From positions 47,055 through 111,054 of IMG/VR virus record IMGVR_UViG_3300036799_000043: 64,000 bases of DNA; one strand, given 5' to 3'. Every line of letters begins with the position of its first letter. The first letter of the stretch is position 1. The DNA comes from a virus. Made by a program: the position numbers and the translations under genes. This document shows, piece after piece, positions 9,701 through 21,728 of the stretch. Below the pieces are notes generated by a model. That model had not been told where the DNA came from and did no database searches. It worked only from the letters and a program-made list of their open reading frames with translations.

Positions 9701-10895
9701 TGGCGGCCATTGTCGCGCGCGAACCTGGTAAGTCAGCGTCGGTAGTCAACAGTCAAAACGTGGCGTTTGTCGATGCTGACTACCGACGCAAGACAGTGAC
9801 CGTGTACTTTGCGCCAAGTCCAGCGAATGTCTTGAGCAAAACATGGTTATTCGACTCCAGAGAAGGTGTTGACAGGATGCTGGACACGTGCGCTGCTGCG
9901 TTCGACGCCGACGCTGGGATTGGTAGCAATGATTGACGCTATCGAGGCGCGACTCATCAGCGGTTGCACAGAATGGACGACAGCCGACGTGCAAGCGCTC
10001 GTCGACGAGATGCGTAAGCCGCTACGACACGAGTACGACCCAGTTTCGCTGCTTGAGGCCGCACAGTGGCTAGAGACGTTGCGCTCGCTGTATCACCGAG
10101 AGGAGGCGTACTGCAAAAGGCTTGAGGCCGCCAACGCAGCGATGCGCGAAGTCGTCGAGTTTGCCGGCTACTGGGCGACCGCTCGCGGCAAGCATATCGA
10201 GCGCTGGGCGCGACGCCTCAAAGAGGTGTACCGCGAGTATCGCGCTACGACACCGCAAGAGACTGCCGCAGGGAGCTACATGGGATGAGCGTAGAAGCCG
10301 CATTGACGTTGGCTGTTGTGTTTGACATTATCATGCTCGCCTGGCTGTTCGCGCTGACAGCGAACGTGCGCGCACTTGAGTCCGATCTGCTGGCGATGTA
10401 TCGGGAGACACGCGAGCGCACAAAGTGAGTGGGCCACACTGCGACGTGTGCGGTGCTGACAGCATTGCTGTCGCGTGCAGTGCCCTGGGTGCGGTCAGCT
10501 TCGCTTACTGTCGAGACTGCGCTATCAATGGTGCAGAGCCGCGCGGCATTCTTGAGGGCATGGTGCTCGACATGATGAGCGGTCCAGTTCCGTTCACGCC
10601 AGAAGTCGAGACAGCTAATTGGCTGCTCGACGGTGTGACAACGCTGATCGACGGCGAGTACGTCGTCGCGCGCGAAGCGCTCAAGCTGCCGAGTGATGAC
10701 GACATCGCGCGCTATCTCGACGACGGTGGGCCTGTCGACCTGATGGGCTGGGCACATCGAGTGATGCGCGCGTCCAGAGAAGCGACTGACATGTCAAACA
10801 AGCTGCACTGCGAAGGTGTGCCACATGTCGACTGTCACTGCACGTGCTCGTGCTGTTTTCGCGTGTGTGATCCTGATGCGACATGTGCGTTCTGA
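9700..10895 (+). other. Small hypothetical CDS (9700-9936, 9929-10288, 10425-10895 Cys-rich)
   Basis: Coupled ORFs. Confidence 0.55.
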
Positions 10896-11338
10896 GTGAT
10901 GGATCGCTGCTGCGCGCGCTGATGAGCGGTGTACTCGTCATACGCCCCTGGGACGTAAAGTACATACAGCCGTGTAGCTACGATCTGCACTTAGCACAGG
11001 ACATCGACCTTGAGCCATTCGAGAGCGCACTTGCCGACACGGTCGAGTGGATCGAGATGCCACCGCACCTGCGCGGTACGCTCGCTGGCAGGTCGTCAGT
11101 TGCACGACTGTTCGTGCAGCCGCACTGTCAGGGTGGCTACATAGATCCTGGCTTTCACGGCACGCTGACACTTGAGATTACCAACTTGAGTCGCGAGCAT
11201 CGACACTTCGACGCTGGCGACAGACTGCTACAGATGGAGGTAAGTCAACTCGACAAAGCCGCGCTCAATCCGTATCACGGTCGTTACTTAGACCAATCAG
11301 GACCTACGTCGAGTCGTTTCGGGCACGGCGACAACTAG
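10883..11338 (+). CDS. dcd: dCTP deaminase
   Basis: IQPCSYDLHL, GRSSVARL, GYIDPGFHGTLTLEITN, Y.GRY.DQ.GP. Confidence 0.92.
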   Translation: MCVLSDGSLLRALMSGVLVIRPWDVKYIQPCSYDLHLAQDIDLEPFESALADTVEWIEMPPHLRGTLAGRSSVARLFVQPHCQGGYIDPGFHGTLTLEITNLSREHRHFDAGDRLLQMEVSQLDKAALNPYHGRYLDQSGPTSSRFGHGDN

Positions 11339-11357
11339 CTTTCCCACACGCGAAAGG

Positions 11358-13631
11358 TTGCACGTGACACTTAGCTTAGAAGAACAGCGCGCAGTCACAG
11401 AGGCAGTACCGCCCAAGCAGATCACGAAACGTGACGGCAGAGTCGTCGACTTCGACGCCACACGTATTCGACGAGCGTTGGCGTTGTGCTTCACCGGCGT
11501 CGGTAAATACGACGCAGAGCGCATTGACGAGATCGCGGGTCGCGTCGTTATGGCGGTGTCGTATCGAGACTCGATCACTGTCGAGCAAGTGCAGGACATC
11601 GTTGAGGTGATTCTGCAAGCTGCTGGCGAGTACGCTGCAGCGAAGCACTACATCCTGTATCGTGCAGAGCACGCCAAGCAGCGCGCAGAGCGTCCTGTGC
11701 CGGACGACATGCGCGCGCTGTTCGAGTCGAGCGCGACGTACTTTCCAACGCAGCTACAGCAGTTCCAGTTCTTCGATAAGTACTCGCGCTTCGACTACGA
11801 CAAGGGCAGGCGTGAGACGTGGGAGGAGACCGTCAATCGTTCGGTCGACTTCCTGCACGAGCTTGTCGCCAGTCGCACGCGCATCGACCTTGGCGGCAAC
11901 TTCTACGACACAATCCGACGTGGCATGCTCGACATGCGCGCCATGCCCAGTATGCGTCTGCTCGCGATGGCTGGCCCCGCAGCACGACGCGACAACTCGT
12001 GCATTTACAACTGCACGTACTTGCCCATCAGCGACATGGGCGCGTTCGCAGAGACGCTGCTACTCAGCATGGCAGGTTGCGGTGTCGGTTTCTCTGTCGA
12101 GTCGCGCTATGTCGAGCAGTTTCCTCGAGTTTCTCGCCAAAATACGCGTGACGCGATGCCGTACCTTATCGACGACAGCACGGAAGGCTGGGCGCAAGCA
12201 CTGCTGTTCGGACTCGAATGCTGGTTCAGCGGCTGGGATGCCAAGTTCAACTACGACGAGATTCGACCAGCAGGCACGCCGCTGCGCACGAAAGGCGGTC
12301 GTGCGAGCGGGCCCGAGCCGCTGCGTAAAATGCTCGACTTCACACGCGCTCGAATCCTTGCACGTCAAGGGCGTACGCTGCGCACGATAGACGCGCACGA
12401 CATAGCGTGCATGGTCGGCTCAGCAGCGGTCAGCGGCGGTATGCGACGCACTGCAATGATCTCGCTCTTTGACTTCGACGACACCGCAATGCGTCTGTGC
12501 AAGAGCGGTGACTTTGAGCGCGAGAATTCGCAGCGCTGGAATGCCAATAACTCTGCAGTCTGGCCAGACGAGGACCTAGACCAGCTACAGGTAATCGAGC
12601 AGGTGATGGACATGGTGAAGTCGCAGCGCGGAGAGCCGGGTATCTTCAACCTGCGTGCTGTGCGTCTGACGCTGCCTGAGCGACGCACGTACAGCGACGA
12701 GCTACGTACGAACCCATGCGGCGAGATCATTCTGCCACCGTATGGCATGTGTAATCTGAGCATCGCTGTCGCGCGTGCTGGTGACACGCTGTACGACTTG
12801 CGTCAGAAGGTCGAGCTTGCAGCGCAGATCGGCACAATCCAGTCACTCGCAACACACTTCCCGAATCTACGTGCAGACTGGAAGAGTAACTGCGAGCGTG
12901 AGCGCTTGCTGGGCGTCGACATCACTGGCCAGCTAGACTGCATTGCTGCACAGGTTCCAGAAGTGCAGCGCGATCTACGGCGTCACGCTGTCGATGTCAA
13001 CAAACGACTTGCAGACGTGCTTGGCATCAATCAAGCAGCGAGCGTGACGTGCGTCAAGCCAAGTGGCAATAGCTCGCAACTGCTCGACTGCTCAAGCGGT
13101 CTGCACGCGCGCTGGAGCAAGTTCTACGAACGCAACGTACGCGTCTCTGCACACGGCACGCTGTACAAGGTGCTCAGAGACGCGGGTGTGCCTATGGACC
13201 CGGAGAACGGTCAATTTGCGGGCACCGCAAATACGTACGTCGCGCACTTCGTCGTCAAGGCGCCTGATCGAGCGATCACGCGCGACTCGCGTACTGCGCT
13301 CGAACAGTGTCGCTACTGGCTGCAGTGCAAGCGAGAGTGGACTGAGCACAACCCGTCGGTGACGATCACGTACGCGCCAGACGAGATCGCTGGTCTGATT
13401 ACGTGGATATGGGAGAACCGCGACGTGATCGGCGGCATGGCCTTCCTGCCGATCAACGATGCCAAGTACGCGCAGCTTCCATACATCGAGATCGACGAAG
13501 CCGAGTACGAGCGACGCGCAGCAGCGTTTCCCACAATCGACTTCTCGAAGATTTACCGATACGAATCGGTCGATCTGACAACAGCGGCGCAGGAGCTTGC
13601 ATGTCTCGCTGGAGTCTGCGAAGTCGAGTAA
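11358..13631 (+). CDS. nrdJ: Class II (adenosylcobalamin-dependent) ribonucleotide reductase with N-terminal ATP cone
   Basis: ATP cone KRDGRVVDFD; YNC, TNPCGEI, TCVKPSGN, C-terminal CLAGVCE; no R2 gene nearby. Confidence 0.92.
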   Translation: MHVTLSLEEQRAVTEAVPPKQITKRDGRVVDFDATRIRRALALCFTGVGKYDAERIDEIAGRVVMAVSYRDSITVEQVQDIVEVILQAAGEYAAAKHYILYRAEHAKQRAERPVPDDMRALFESSATYFPTQLQQFQFFDKYSRFDYDKGRRETWEETVNRSVDFLHELVASRTRIDLGGNFYDTIRRGMLDMRAMPSMRLLAMAGPAARRDNSCIYNCTYLPISDMGAFAETLLLSMAGCGVGFSVESRYVEQFPRVSRQNTRDAMPYLIDDSTEGWAQALLFGLECWFSGWDAKFNYDEIRPAGTPLRTKGGRASGPEPLRKMLDFTRARILARQGRTLRTIDAHDIACMVGSAAVSGGMRRTAMISLFDFDDTAMRLCKSGDFERENSQRWNANNSAVWPDEDLDQLQVIEQVMDMVKSQRGEPGIFNLRAVRLTLPERRTYSDELRTNPCGEIILPPYGMCNLSIAVARAGDTLYDLRQKVELAAQIGTIQSLATHFPNLRADWKSNCERERLLGVDITGQLDCIAAQVPEVQRDLRRHAVDVNKRLADVLGINQAASVTCVKPSGNSSQLLDCSSGLHARWSKFYERNVRVSAHGTLYKVLRDAGVPMDPENGQFAGTANTYVAHFVVKAPDRAITRDSRTALEQCRYWLQCKREWTEHNPSVTITYAPDEIAGLITWIWENRDVIGGMAFLPINDAKYAQLPYIEIDEAEYERRAAAFPTIDFSKIYRYESVDLTTAAQELACLAGVCEVE

Positions 13632-13668
13632 GCTTGTAGCGATCCGTCGTACGGGTCTCCTGTTTCTG

Positions 13669-13702
13669 AAACGCCACTCGTTGCCGCGAGTGGCGTTTTC
13701 TT
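13669..13702 (+). terminator. Intrinsic terminator fused to promoter P3
   Basis: AAACGCCACTCG...CGAGTGGCGTTTTC. Confidence 0.85.
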
Positions 13703-13703
13703 A

Positions 13704-13732
13704 TTGCGCTCAGCAATACAGTGCCGTATAGT
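13704..13732 (+). promoter_or_regulatory. Promoter/operator copy P3
   Basis: TTGCGC-17-TATAGT; ATG at 13742. Confidence 0.8.
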
Positions 13733-14214
13733 GTCAGAGACATGAGCAAGCGACGACAGGGAACGAACGCAGCGCTTGAGAGCTATGACGAGACGTTGAG
13801 CGCGAGCTACATCGCCAGGCAGCAAGCACGCGAGAGCGAAGCGCAACTCCTTGAAAGTCGCGCGCTCGAAGCCGACCAGAACGCGAGCGAGTGGGAGCAC
13901 GACGACGACGACTGCGGATGTCACTGCATGTACGTTCGTATGGCCGAGAGCTACCGCGAGCGCGCTAGCACGACACGAAGGGGATAACGCCATGACAGCA
14001 CGACAGATTGACACGACGCGCATGATCGCCAGCTTCGACTCGATCAGCAAGAAGAACGGCCAGAGCGCTCGACACTACGTCGCACTCGGATTCAGAGCGG
14101 TGCAAGCGTGCGACGGTCGCAGCATCAGCGCCGTCTCTGTCAGCGCGACAGACGAGCGCTACAAGACATGCGTACGCTGCGCGAAGCTTGCTGCGTCACA
14201 AACTGGCGAAACAC

Positions 14215-14243
14215 TTGCGTCGACGTAAACAGCGCTGTATATT
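14215..14243 (+). promoter_or_regulatory. Promoter/operator copy P4
   Basis: TTGCGT-17-TATATT, ACAGCGCTGT core; GTCACA upstream. Confidence 0.85.
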
Positions 14244-15086
14244 GTGAGAGTCATGAACACACGACGAAAGCCCCGCTGGGTGATGTATGCAGAGAATCAG
14301 GAAGCTCGCAAAGCAGCAGCGCGCGACGCGCTCAAGAACCCCATGACCGTAATCAACGGCCGCGTGCGCAGCAGCAGCGAGTACGCATCCGCAGTCGAGC
14401 GCTGCGCCGCCGCCATCACCGCTTTCTACTCGCGCGATCTGACAGACGAGCAATTTACTGCAGAGTTTCGCGCTCGTGGTGGACGCACGAAGATTCGATG
14501 CGAGATCGTCTCGGAGACGCTCGCTGGCGAGACAGTCTTCGGCAGCGAACTTGCTGGAAACATTCCGATGGAATGCTTTATCTCGCTCGAAGACATGCAG
14601 CTAGTCGAGATACGCGCGCTCCGATCGCGCGAATGAGGAGAGTCATGAACAACACGACACCAGAGTACCTGTTGAGTGGTTGCGAGCGCGATATCTGCTA
14701 CGGCGGACACGAGGACGCCGTCAAGCAGCGCAAGAGCGACGCGCGCTGGTTCATCACAATGGGCCACCCAGGCTTCAATAGCGCGACAAACAACGGGCGT
14801 GGCTACAGAACATACGCGACCGCTTACGCTGCGCTGGATCGATACGGAGCCCGCAAGTGATTGCTCGTGCCGAGACGCGTGAGTATCGAGCCGCGTACAC
14901 ACGCGGCTGGAGCTACTCGCAGCGCGAGACAGCGACTCTCGATCACGTCGACTCGCAGTACGGCCGAGATCCGCGTTACAACGCGATTCTTGACGGCTAC
15001 CTAGATGCCGCTGCGGGACGTGAGAAGTACCACATGCTGCAGTGCTCGCTTGGCAAGATCGAGTGCAGCGAGCACGACTGGTGAAA

Positions 15087-15146
15087 TGTAACAGAAGTCA
15101 CAGAGTGGCGTAATCGCTTGCGCTTTAGTATGCAGCGCTGTATATT
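15087..15146 (+). promoter_or_regulatory. Promoter/operator copy P5 with upstream TGTAA-N6-TCACA site
   Basis: TTGCGC(15118)-17-TATATT; AGTATGCAGCGCTGTATATT. Confidence 0.88.
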
Positions 15147-15152
15147 GAACGC

Positions 15153-15800
15153 ATGAACACGATGAAGACACCGCTGCAACAGCAACAGTTCGCGACCGCC
15201 CTCAAAGTGCAGACGACAGAGGCAATCAAGCAGTACACAATCATCCAAGCGCGATTGATTCAACTGGGTTTTGGCGAATATTGCGGGCGCTGCGGTGGCA
15301 GTGGCCACTACTCGTTCAATCTGCGCGATGGAACGATCTGCTTCGGATGCGCCGGCAGCGGCTGGGTCGCTCGCAAGCTCACCGCGAAGCTGCTCGCTGA
15401 GATCACTGCGATTGGCGACGACAAGCTCGCTGCAGCTATCGAGGAGATCACCGAGCGCACGCGACTGCGCAAAGCAGCGACAAATGCAGCCAAGCGCGTA
15501 CTCGACACGTGGAGCGCGACTGACGTTAGCAAAGCATACAAGTGGACGAATGCGTACAAGTCGAGCCACACGTACAGCGAGCGGGACGAGTACATCGCTG
15601 ACACGTTCAATAAGCCGATGCACGATCTCTACAAAGCAGTCGAGCAGGAGAGCGCGCAAGTCGCGTGGATGAGCCAGCGACTCGCGACGCGCGATCCCGA
15701 ACTGCTCGCAGCGCAGCGCACGCTCGTCGAGCACGCTGACGCCGCAGTCGTGTCGATCAACGCCCTTGCAGAGCAGCTACGCAGCTTTCTCGCTGCGTAG
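15153..15800 (+). CDS. Hypothetical protein with DnaJ-type CxxCxGxG zinc finger; leaderless
   Basis: CGRCGGSG...CFGCAGSG. Confidence 0.75.
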   Translation: MNTMKTPLQQQQFATALKVQTTEAIKQYTIIQARLIQLGFGEYCGRCGGSGHYSFNLRDGTICFGCAGSGWVARKLTAKLLAEITAIGDDKLAAAIEEITERTRLRKAATNAAKRVLDTWSATDVSKAYKWTNAYKSSHTYSERDEYIADTFNKPMHDLYKAVEQESAQVAWMSQRLATRDPELLAAQRTLVEHADAAVVSINALAEQLRSFLAA

Positions 15801-15803
15801 TTC

Positions 15804-15833
15804 TTGCGCATTGCACACTCAGCGCTGTATAGT
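15804..15833 (+). promoter_or_regulatory. Promoter/operator copy P6
   Basis: TTGCGC-18-TATAGT, CAGCGCTG core. Confidence 0.8.
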
Positions 15834-16515
15834 GCGACTACACACGATGACAACAGCAACGAACGCCCTGTGGTTCTTAGGACCACCGCTGCCACAAGCA
15901 GAACGCGCTTACGCCGCCGCTCAGCAACGCGCTACAGAACGCCAGAGCGAGAGTGCTCAGCGTGACGCAGCAGCAGTCAGACGAGCGCGTAACGCGCGCT
16001 TCGCGATGCTGCACGATCTCAACGTCAAAAGCTGGAAAGGAAGTCAACGATGATACAGCGAGTCACCGAGCGCCCAGCATCGTACTGGGTCGCTCAGCAG
16101 AAAGATTGGATCGCACGCTGCGGCGGCGATCTCGAAGGCTACATCGCGAACTACGGCAGCGTGCACGACGAGCAGCACAGCGGCGACGGCGGTGAAGCGA
16201 TCTACGCTGCAGACATCGCGTATTTGCGCCAGCTTGAAGCTCGACACGCCGACGAGCGCGACCTGCGACGCGTAAACGACAGCCGTGCCGGGCGTGCGCA
16301 GAGCGAGCGTCGCTTGCGCGCTGAAACGGCGCTTACGCATCTCGCGCACGCCATTGGCTGTATCGAGCGCATACGCGACATGTACCCGCTGGCGCTCAGT
16401 GAGGACGCGCGCTCGCTAAGCATGGCTATTGAGGACTTAGACGATGTGCGCAACTTCGTCTCGTCAACACTGCAATGACGCCCGAGCCGCGCATCAGAGA
16501 CGGCAGTATCGCGCG

Positions 16516-16911
16516 GTGAGTGACTATTCGAGCTTCGCTGTGCCGAAGCCCGTCAAGCGCGTGAAAGCCCAGAAGCGTCGGAAACCGCTCGGAGCGCGCG
16601 CTGACCGTGTTGATGATTCGCTGCGCGTCGAAGTACTCAAGCGCGACGGCGTATGCTTTCTACGCACGCTGTATGAGGACCACGTGTGCTTCGACAAATT
16701 CGACGAGCAGCACGCGTCGACCGACCTCGACAAGCTCGAAGTCGATCACTTCTGGCTCGACGGTGCGCACATGGGCGACAGAGCGCCGAGCGACCTCGCG
16801 CATCTCGTTGCGATGTGCCACTGGGCGAACGTGATCCACAAACCAACACGCGAAGAAAGGGCCGCAGAGCGTGACTACAGCAGACGACTCTACCCAGACG
16901 CGCACGACTGA
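16516..16911 (+). CDS. HNH-type endonuclease-like protein
   Basis: VLKRDGVC...LEVDH...LAHLVAMCHWAN. Confidence 0.65.
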   Translation: MSDYSSFAVPKPVKRVKAQKRRKPLGARADRVDDSLRVEVLKRDGVCFLRTLYEDHVCFDKFDEQHASTDLDKLEVDHFWLDGAHMGDRAPSDLAHLVAMCHWANVIHKPTREERAAERDYSRRLYPDAHD

Positions 16912-17311
16912 GACGCACTGTCGCGAGTGCCAGCACCCGCTCGACAAGCATCAACAGGTCAACGATCACACCGACTGCACCGCTATCTACGTCGATCCAT
17001 TCAACGGTGAGGAGACATTCTGCGCCTGCTCGCGTGGCTGCTGCCTCGTCGAGCAGTGTCCAGGCAGGAGTCCAACGCATGAGTGCTGCATCTGTCTCGT
17101 CTGCTGATCCTCCGAAGTGGGGAGCGTGGTCTGCACGTCGTCTCGTCGCGCGCAAGCTGCACGACTGCAACGAATGCGGACACTTGATCCTAGTTGGGGC
17201 GGTGTATTTTCGACGCTACGGTCGCATGGGCGAATCGACACAACCATGGACGTATCTGTCGTGCGAGTCGTGCGAGCGTAGGCTACGTCGAGAATTTGTG
17301 GCGAAATAGTC

Positions 17312-17340
17312 TTGCGCTCGAATACGCAGTGCTGTATAGT
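17312..17340 (+). promoter_or_regulatory. Promoter/operator copy P7
   Basis: TTGCGC-17-TATAGT; ATG at 17349. Confidence 0.85.
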
Positions 17341-18454
17341 GAGAAGCAATGAACACGACGACGAGCGCAACAGTCACGATCAAGGGCACGACATACGACA
17401 TTCTGACAAGCGACACAGTAGAGACGCATCGCGCAGCGAATCGCCCGAATCTCGCCAGCGTGCTTGAGCATCGCGGGATTTTACGGGACATGGCGATTGT
17501 TCGACAGAACGGATCGCTCGTGTATCACGTCTACGAATTTGCCAACGTGCGATTCTCGCGTGTGACGAGCCAGTTCTTTCACGTCACGCCTGCCGAAAAA
17601 GCAGAGATGCAGGCGAAGCTGTCAGAGGTGCTGTCATGATCGTCGACTACAGCACAGTCGCACGCGAGACGCGTGCCAGCGTCGCTGAGAGTGACGCACT
17701 GCTCGCGCGACTGCGACGCAGTGAAGACTTGATTATCGGCCGCTCTGATGCGGAGATCCGTGCTGCTCGTATCGTCGAGTTACGCCAAGAGTGCGCGCGA
17801 CATGCTGAGCTTGAGTCGATGCTCGCTCGCTGGTCGCGCACGGTTCGGGAGATGCCACGACGATGAGCGACGAGAATACGAAGCCAACCATTGCTGAGTG
17901 CTGCGAGCTACGCGAGTGCTGTCCGTGTTGCCCAAACGGCTACTGCGAAGACGAGACGGCGACTGCTGACGACTGTCACCGACTGCAGAGCGAGACTGAT
18001 CTGTACGGCGAGTGCTGCGACTGTTGCAAGCCATGACGATACTACAAGGACGCACGCTCGTCGAGCTACGCAGAGATCACGTCGAGATCGCGCTTATCTG
18101 GCTGCGCGAGGCGCGAGATCAGCGCTCGACGCTGACTGGTCGACAGCACGCGTATCTACTCGCGAAAGCAGCGTGGGCGCGTCGCTCAGCACTTGCTGTC
18201 ACACAGACGATAGAGATGGTGAGACGTGAGCACTCAGAGTCACGTTGACGAATTCGAGCGCATCGCGCGCAACTACACGCGTCGTATGAAAAACGACGCC
18301 AGACGCCGCTACGCCGTTGCCTACGCGACTGCGCTGATCGCTACAGACCTACTCGTCGACGACGTGCAGGCGCCGTCCTGTGACTATCTGAGCGCGTGTC
18401 AGCAGCAGGGAGTCCAAGCGATGCTCGACGACGTAGCAAAGCGCGTGCTGGCAA

Positions 18455-18514
18455 AGTAACAGAAGTCACAAAGACGTGGATACTCTTGTGTCTCTGTCTA
18501 CAGCGCTGCATACT
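18455..18514 (+). promoter_or_regulatory. Promoter/operator copy P8 with upstream AGTAA-N6-TCACA
   Basis: TTGTGT(18486)-17-CATACT; TACAGCGCTGCA core. Confidence 0.82.
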
Positions 18515-19663
18515 ATGAGAGTCATGAGCACTTACGTTTCACTCACCGAGCGCGCAATCGCAGCGCACATCGCTTGGATCGATGCCGTCAACGACGCGAA
18601 CACTCAGCGCGTAAGCAATCACGCTGACGCAATGCTGCTGATCGAGATCGCGCGAGACGAGTGGAAAGCAGCGATGAGCGAGCAAGACGAGCAGATCGCG
18701 AGTGGCGAGCTTGTAGTCGATACGCAAACGTTCGCACAGCGCAAAGCAGAGCAAAGCGCTCGCAACGCTGCACAGCAGATCATCGCGCGACAGTCAGTCG
18801 CGTAAGAAAGAGAGCACACGCGTGAGCACACGACGCGAAACGACTTTAGAGACATGTCACTGCGGTGCGAGCTTCGACCGCAGCGACCATTGCCCAGAGT
18901 GCTACTGCGAGCAATTCGAGGCATACTGTGAGCACGTACACGTGCCAGAAAGCGGACGCATGAACACGACGACAGAGCACAACCACTTCATGTCCAGCTA
19001 CGACACGATCATCGACTCGCTCGACAGTGAGTACCGTTGCGACTGCGACGACAACATCGTCGGTGGCCCGCGCGAGCACTCAGGCGAGCGCTTCGTCGAG
19101 CACATGCGTCGAGAGGACGGTCAGTGCAACCTGGCGCTCGTGTGTGCGGCGCACCTGCCGTTTTCTGTCGTCTTCGTCTCGCGTGAGATAGCCGACATCG
19201 AGAGCATCGAGCTTGAGTCGCTGACTGCAGAGCGCGAGCTTGAACTGCGAGCGCAGCATGCCAACGACACCGCCGCTGACTGACTTGCTCAAGCCGACTC
19301 GGCTCAAGCTGCGCGTGCTCAGTCTCGCCATAGCCGCAATCGCTCTGTACGGGCTCGCACAGCGTGACCCGCAGGACGTAGCTCTACTGAGCGCGTGTCT
19401 GATCGGCTTCGCGCTGTCACCGCTGTCTGTGCGGCGAGAGGTGCTGTATGACGTTGAGCACATCGTCGTCAAAGAGCCACGTGCGCACAAAACTGCGCAG
19501 CGTGCAGAGATCGTCGAAGACGAAGTAGACGCGATAGACGAGCGCGAGCTAGCGACAACGCTGCTCAAGAACAACCCGAAGCTCGTTAACAAAGACTTGG
19601 CGCTCGTGATCGCGCGACGCATGATCGCTGATGGAAGTGTCATGTCACAAAATGGCAAAATAC

Positions 19664-19692
19664 TTGCATCGCAGTAAGCAGCGCTGTATAGT
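19664..19692 (+). promoter_or_regulatory. Promoter/operator copy P9
   Basis: TTGCAT-17-TATAGT; ATG at 19700. Confidence 0.85.
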
Positions 19693-20425
19693 GTCAGTAA
19701 TGAACACGACAGCGATCTACAGCAGCGCCAGTGAAGCGCAGCGCTACAGCACAAACGCGACGTACCGCCAGACGAGCGACCTATTTGTCAAAGCTCAGCA
19801 GTTGCAGCGCCTCGCCGCTGAGATCGCCGCGCTTGCGACCGAGATCGTTGAGAACGGCAATGCCCCTTCTCGCGAAGCTGCTCAGCAGATTCTGGCGGCA
19901 CTCTGATGAGCCGCGCTCGCCCGATCGAAGTCATGTTCCACGAGCTTCGCGCGAACGCTGCCGCCGACCGCGCTAAGTACGGCGTGTTCTCAATCAAGAA
20001 GAATGGCGAGCGCTATGCGAAGCCCAGCGTGGTTGAGTCGACAGAAGCGTACGCCGAGCGACGCGCGCAGTGGATGCGCGATGCGAATCCTGGTCGAGAC
20101 TTTGTGGTACTCCCTCTGTGAAACAAGCACAGCGCACACCACTTCAACGCGAAAGGCAACGCGCGATGATTACGTACGAGCGAGTCGACGTGAACTACGC
20201 ACGACTGAGCTATCAGCACGAGCTATTCCACATCGTTGCGCATGGCAAGAGACTCAAGCCGCGCGCAACTGCGCTGTGCGGCCTCAAGCGCGACAACGTG
20301 TGGGAGGACTGCCGCGTGCGTCGACCCGAGCAAGTGTGCGGCATGTGCCAGCGCAAGCTCGACGAAATCGACAAGTAACAGAGGTCACAGAATGGACGAA
20401 GTGCTCGAATTGAGTGCTTTTAGTC

Positions 20426-20454
20426 TTGCGCTCTAGTATGCAGCGCTGTATATT
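20426..20454 (+). promoter_or_regulatory. Promoter/operator copy P10
   Basis: TTGCGC-17-TATATT; AGTATGCAGCGCTGTATATT; ATG at 20461. Confidence 0.88.
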
Positions 20455-21644
20455 TAGTACATGAGCAAGACAGTTTCAGCCACGACAGTCGCACGACTCG
20501 CAGAGCACAGCGCGATTCGCACCACGGGTGCTTTCGTTCATCAGATTTACGGTGGCCGTGGATCGATCAACGGTCAGACCAACTGCGGCCTGCGCAATGG
20601 CCGAAGCTCGCGCCGCGCGCTCGTCAACCTCGCTGAGGTGAGCGTCGACAAGCTCTGTCACAAGTGCTTCCAAGTCGAGCGAATCACGCGCGAAGCGGGC
20701 GAATAGCCCGCTCAACACACGAAGGGAAACAAGAATCATGAGCACGCTCAGCACCGGCTATCAGCAGTACGTCACAGTCGACAACTGCTCAGACATTCGC
20801 AACTGTGTGTACTGTGGCAATTACAGTGAGCCACTCAAGGACAATAGTCGCGGGCAGGTCGTCTGTCGCGACTTCGAGAACTGCGTTTGGAATCGAGTCG
20901 ACAACGGCGAGATCGATTCAGATCGCGCTTGGAAATTGATCGGGAGGAAGTAGATGCAACTCGACCACGTGCAGATCAGCGTCGCGCGCGTGCTGCAGAC
21001 AGATGCGGAGATAACGCTGCTCAACGCTCGCAGCCAAGAGCTATGCGAAGCCGATAGCAGGCTGAGCAGCGTACGCAGCGTCGAGATCGCTGCCGCCGAG
21101 CTACTCGCACGTTACCAACGCGAGCAAGACGAGCTAGACAAGTTCATGCGTCAGTTTCGTCTCGTGCCACCAACGCTTCCCGCGGATATTCTGATCGAGC
21201 GACTCGTGCGGCGTCTACAGGAACTCGACGAAGTAGAGAGCTTCGCGAGCTACCTCGTCAGCATGAGCGGCAGCCGCACGCTGATCGAAGACGCAGAGCA
21301 GATCCAGGACCTGTTGAATCGGCATAGACTCGCGCGCACAGTGTCGCCTAGCCGCCGTCAGCGACGACTCAGACGTGTCGTGCATACGTCTGAGTGCTCG
21401 ATCATTCCGTGCCTCTGCTGATGCGGTGATCGTCGGCAATAGAGCTATTGGCATGCTGACGTTCGAGCAGCAGTGTGAAGCCGAACTAGCGCAACAGTCC
21501 TCAGACCCTCCAGAGAACTGGCACAGAGCTAGCGGTGAGATGTTGTGCAGTTGTCAGCGTGAGTACTGGCGTCACGCTCGACATTGGCCACACATCTGGC
21601 TACATGCGTTGTGCGATGGGAGCTACGTAAAGCTCTAAGCCTGA

Positions 21645-21716
21645 AAGTGCGCATCTGCCGTCCTGCGAGCCAGTTGCGCACTTCCTATTCGATTCGAGCG
21701 CTGTGGTGCGGCGCTC
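21645..21716. terminator. Two hairpins between convergent transcription units
   Basis: AAGTGCGCA/TGCGCACTT (21645-83) and GAGCGC/GCGCTC (21696-716). Confidence 0.5.
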
Positions 21717-21728
21717 ACTGACAGCGTA

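Larger units (their letters stand above)
13742..21638 (+). other. Array of about 30 short early genes in promoter-led cassettes (e.g. 13742-13987, 14253-14636, 14645-14860, 14857-15084, 15847-16053, 16050-16478, 17349-17639, 17636-17866, 18226-18459, 18524-18805, 19258-19677, 19700-19906, 19906-20121, 20461-20706, 20738-20953, 20954-21421)
   Basis: Short ORFs, many starting 6-9 nt after repeated -10 boxes or coupled by ATGA overlaps. Confidence 0.7.

Noticed and set aside
18960-18975. Additional promoter cassette at the internal MNTTTE
   Set aside because: ATGAACACGACGAC is present but no -35/-10 or dyad upstream; possibly a fused remnant cassette.
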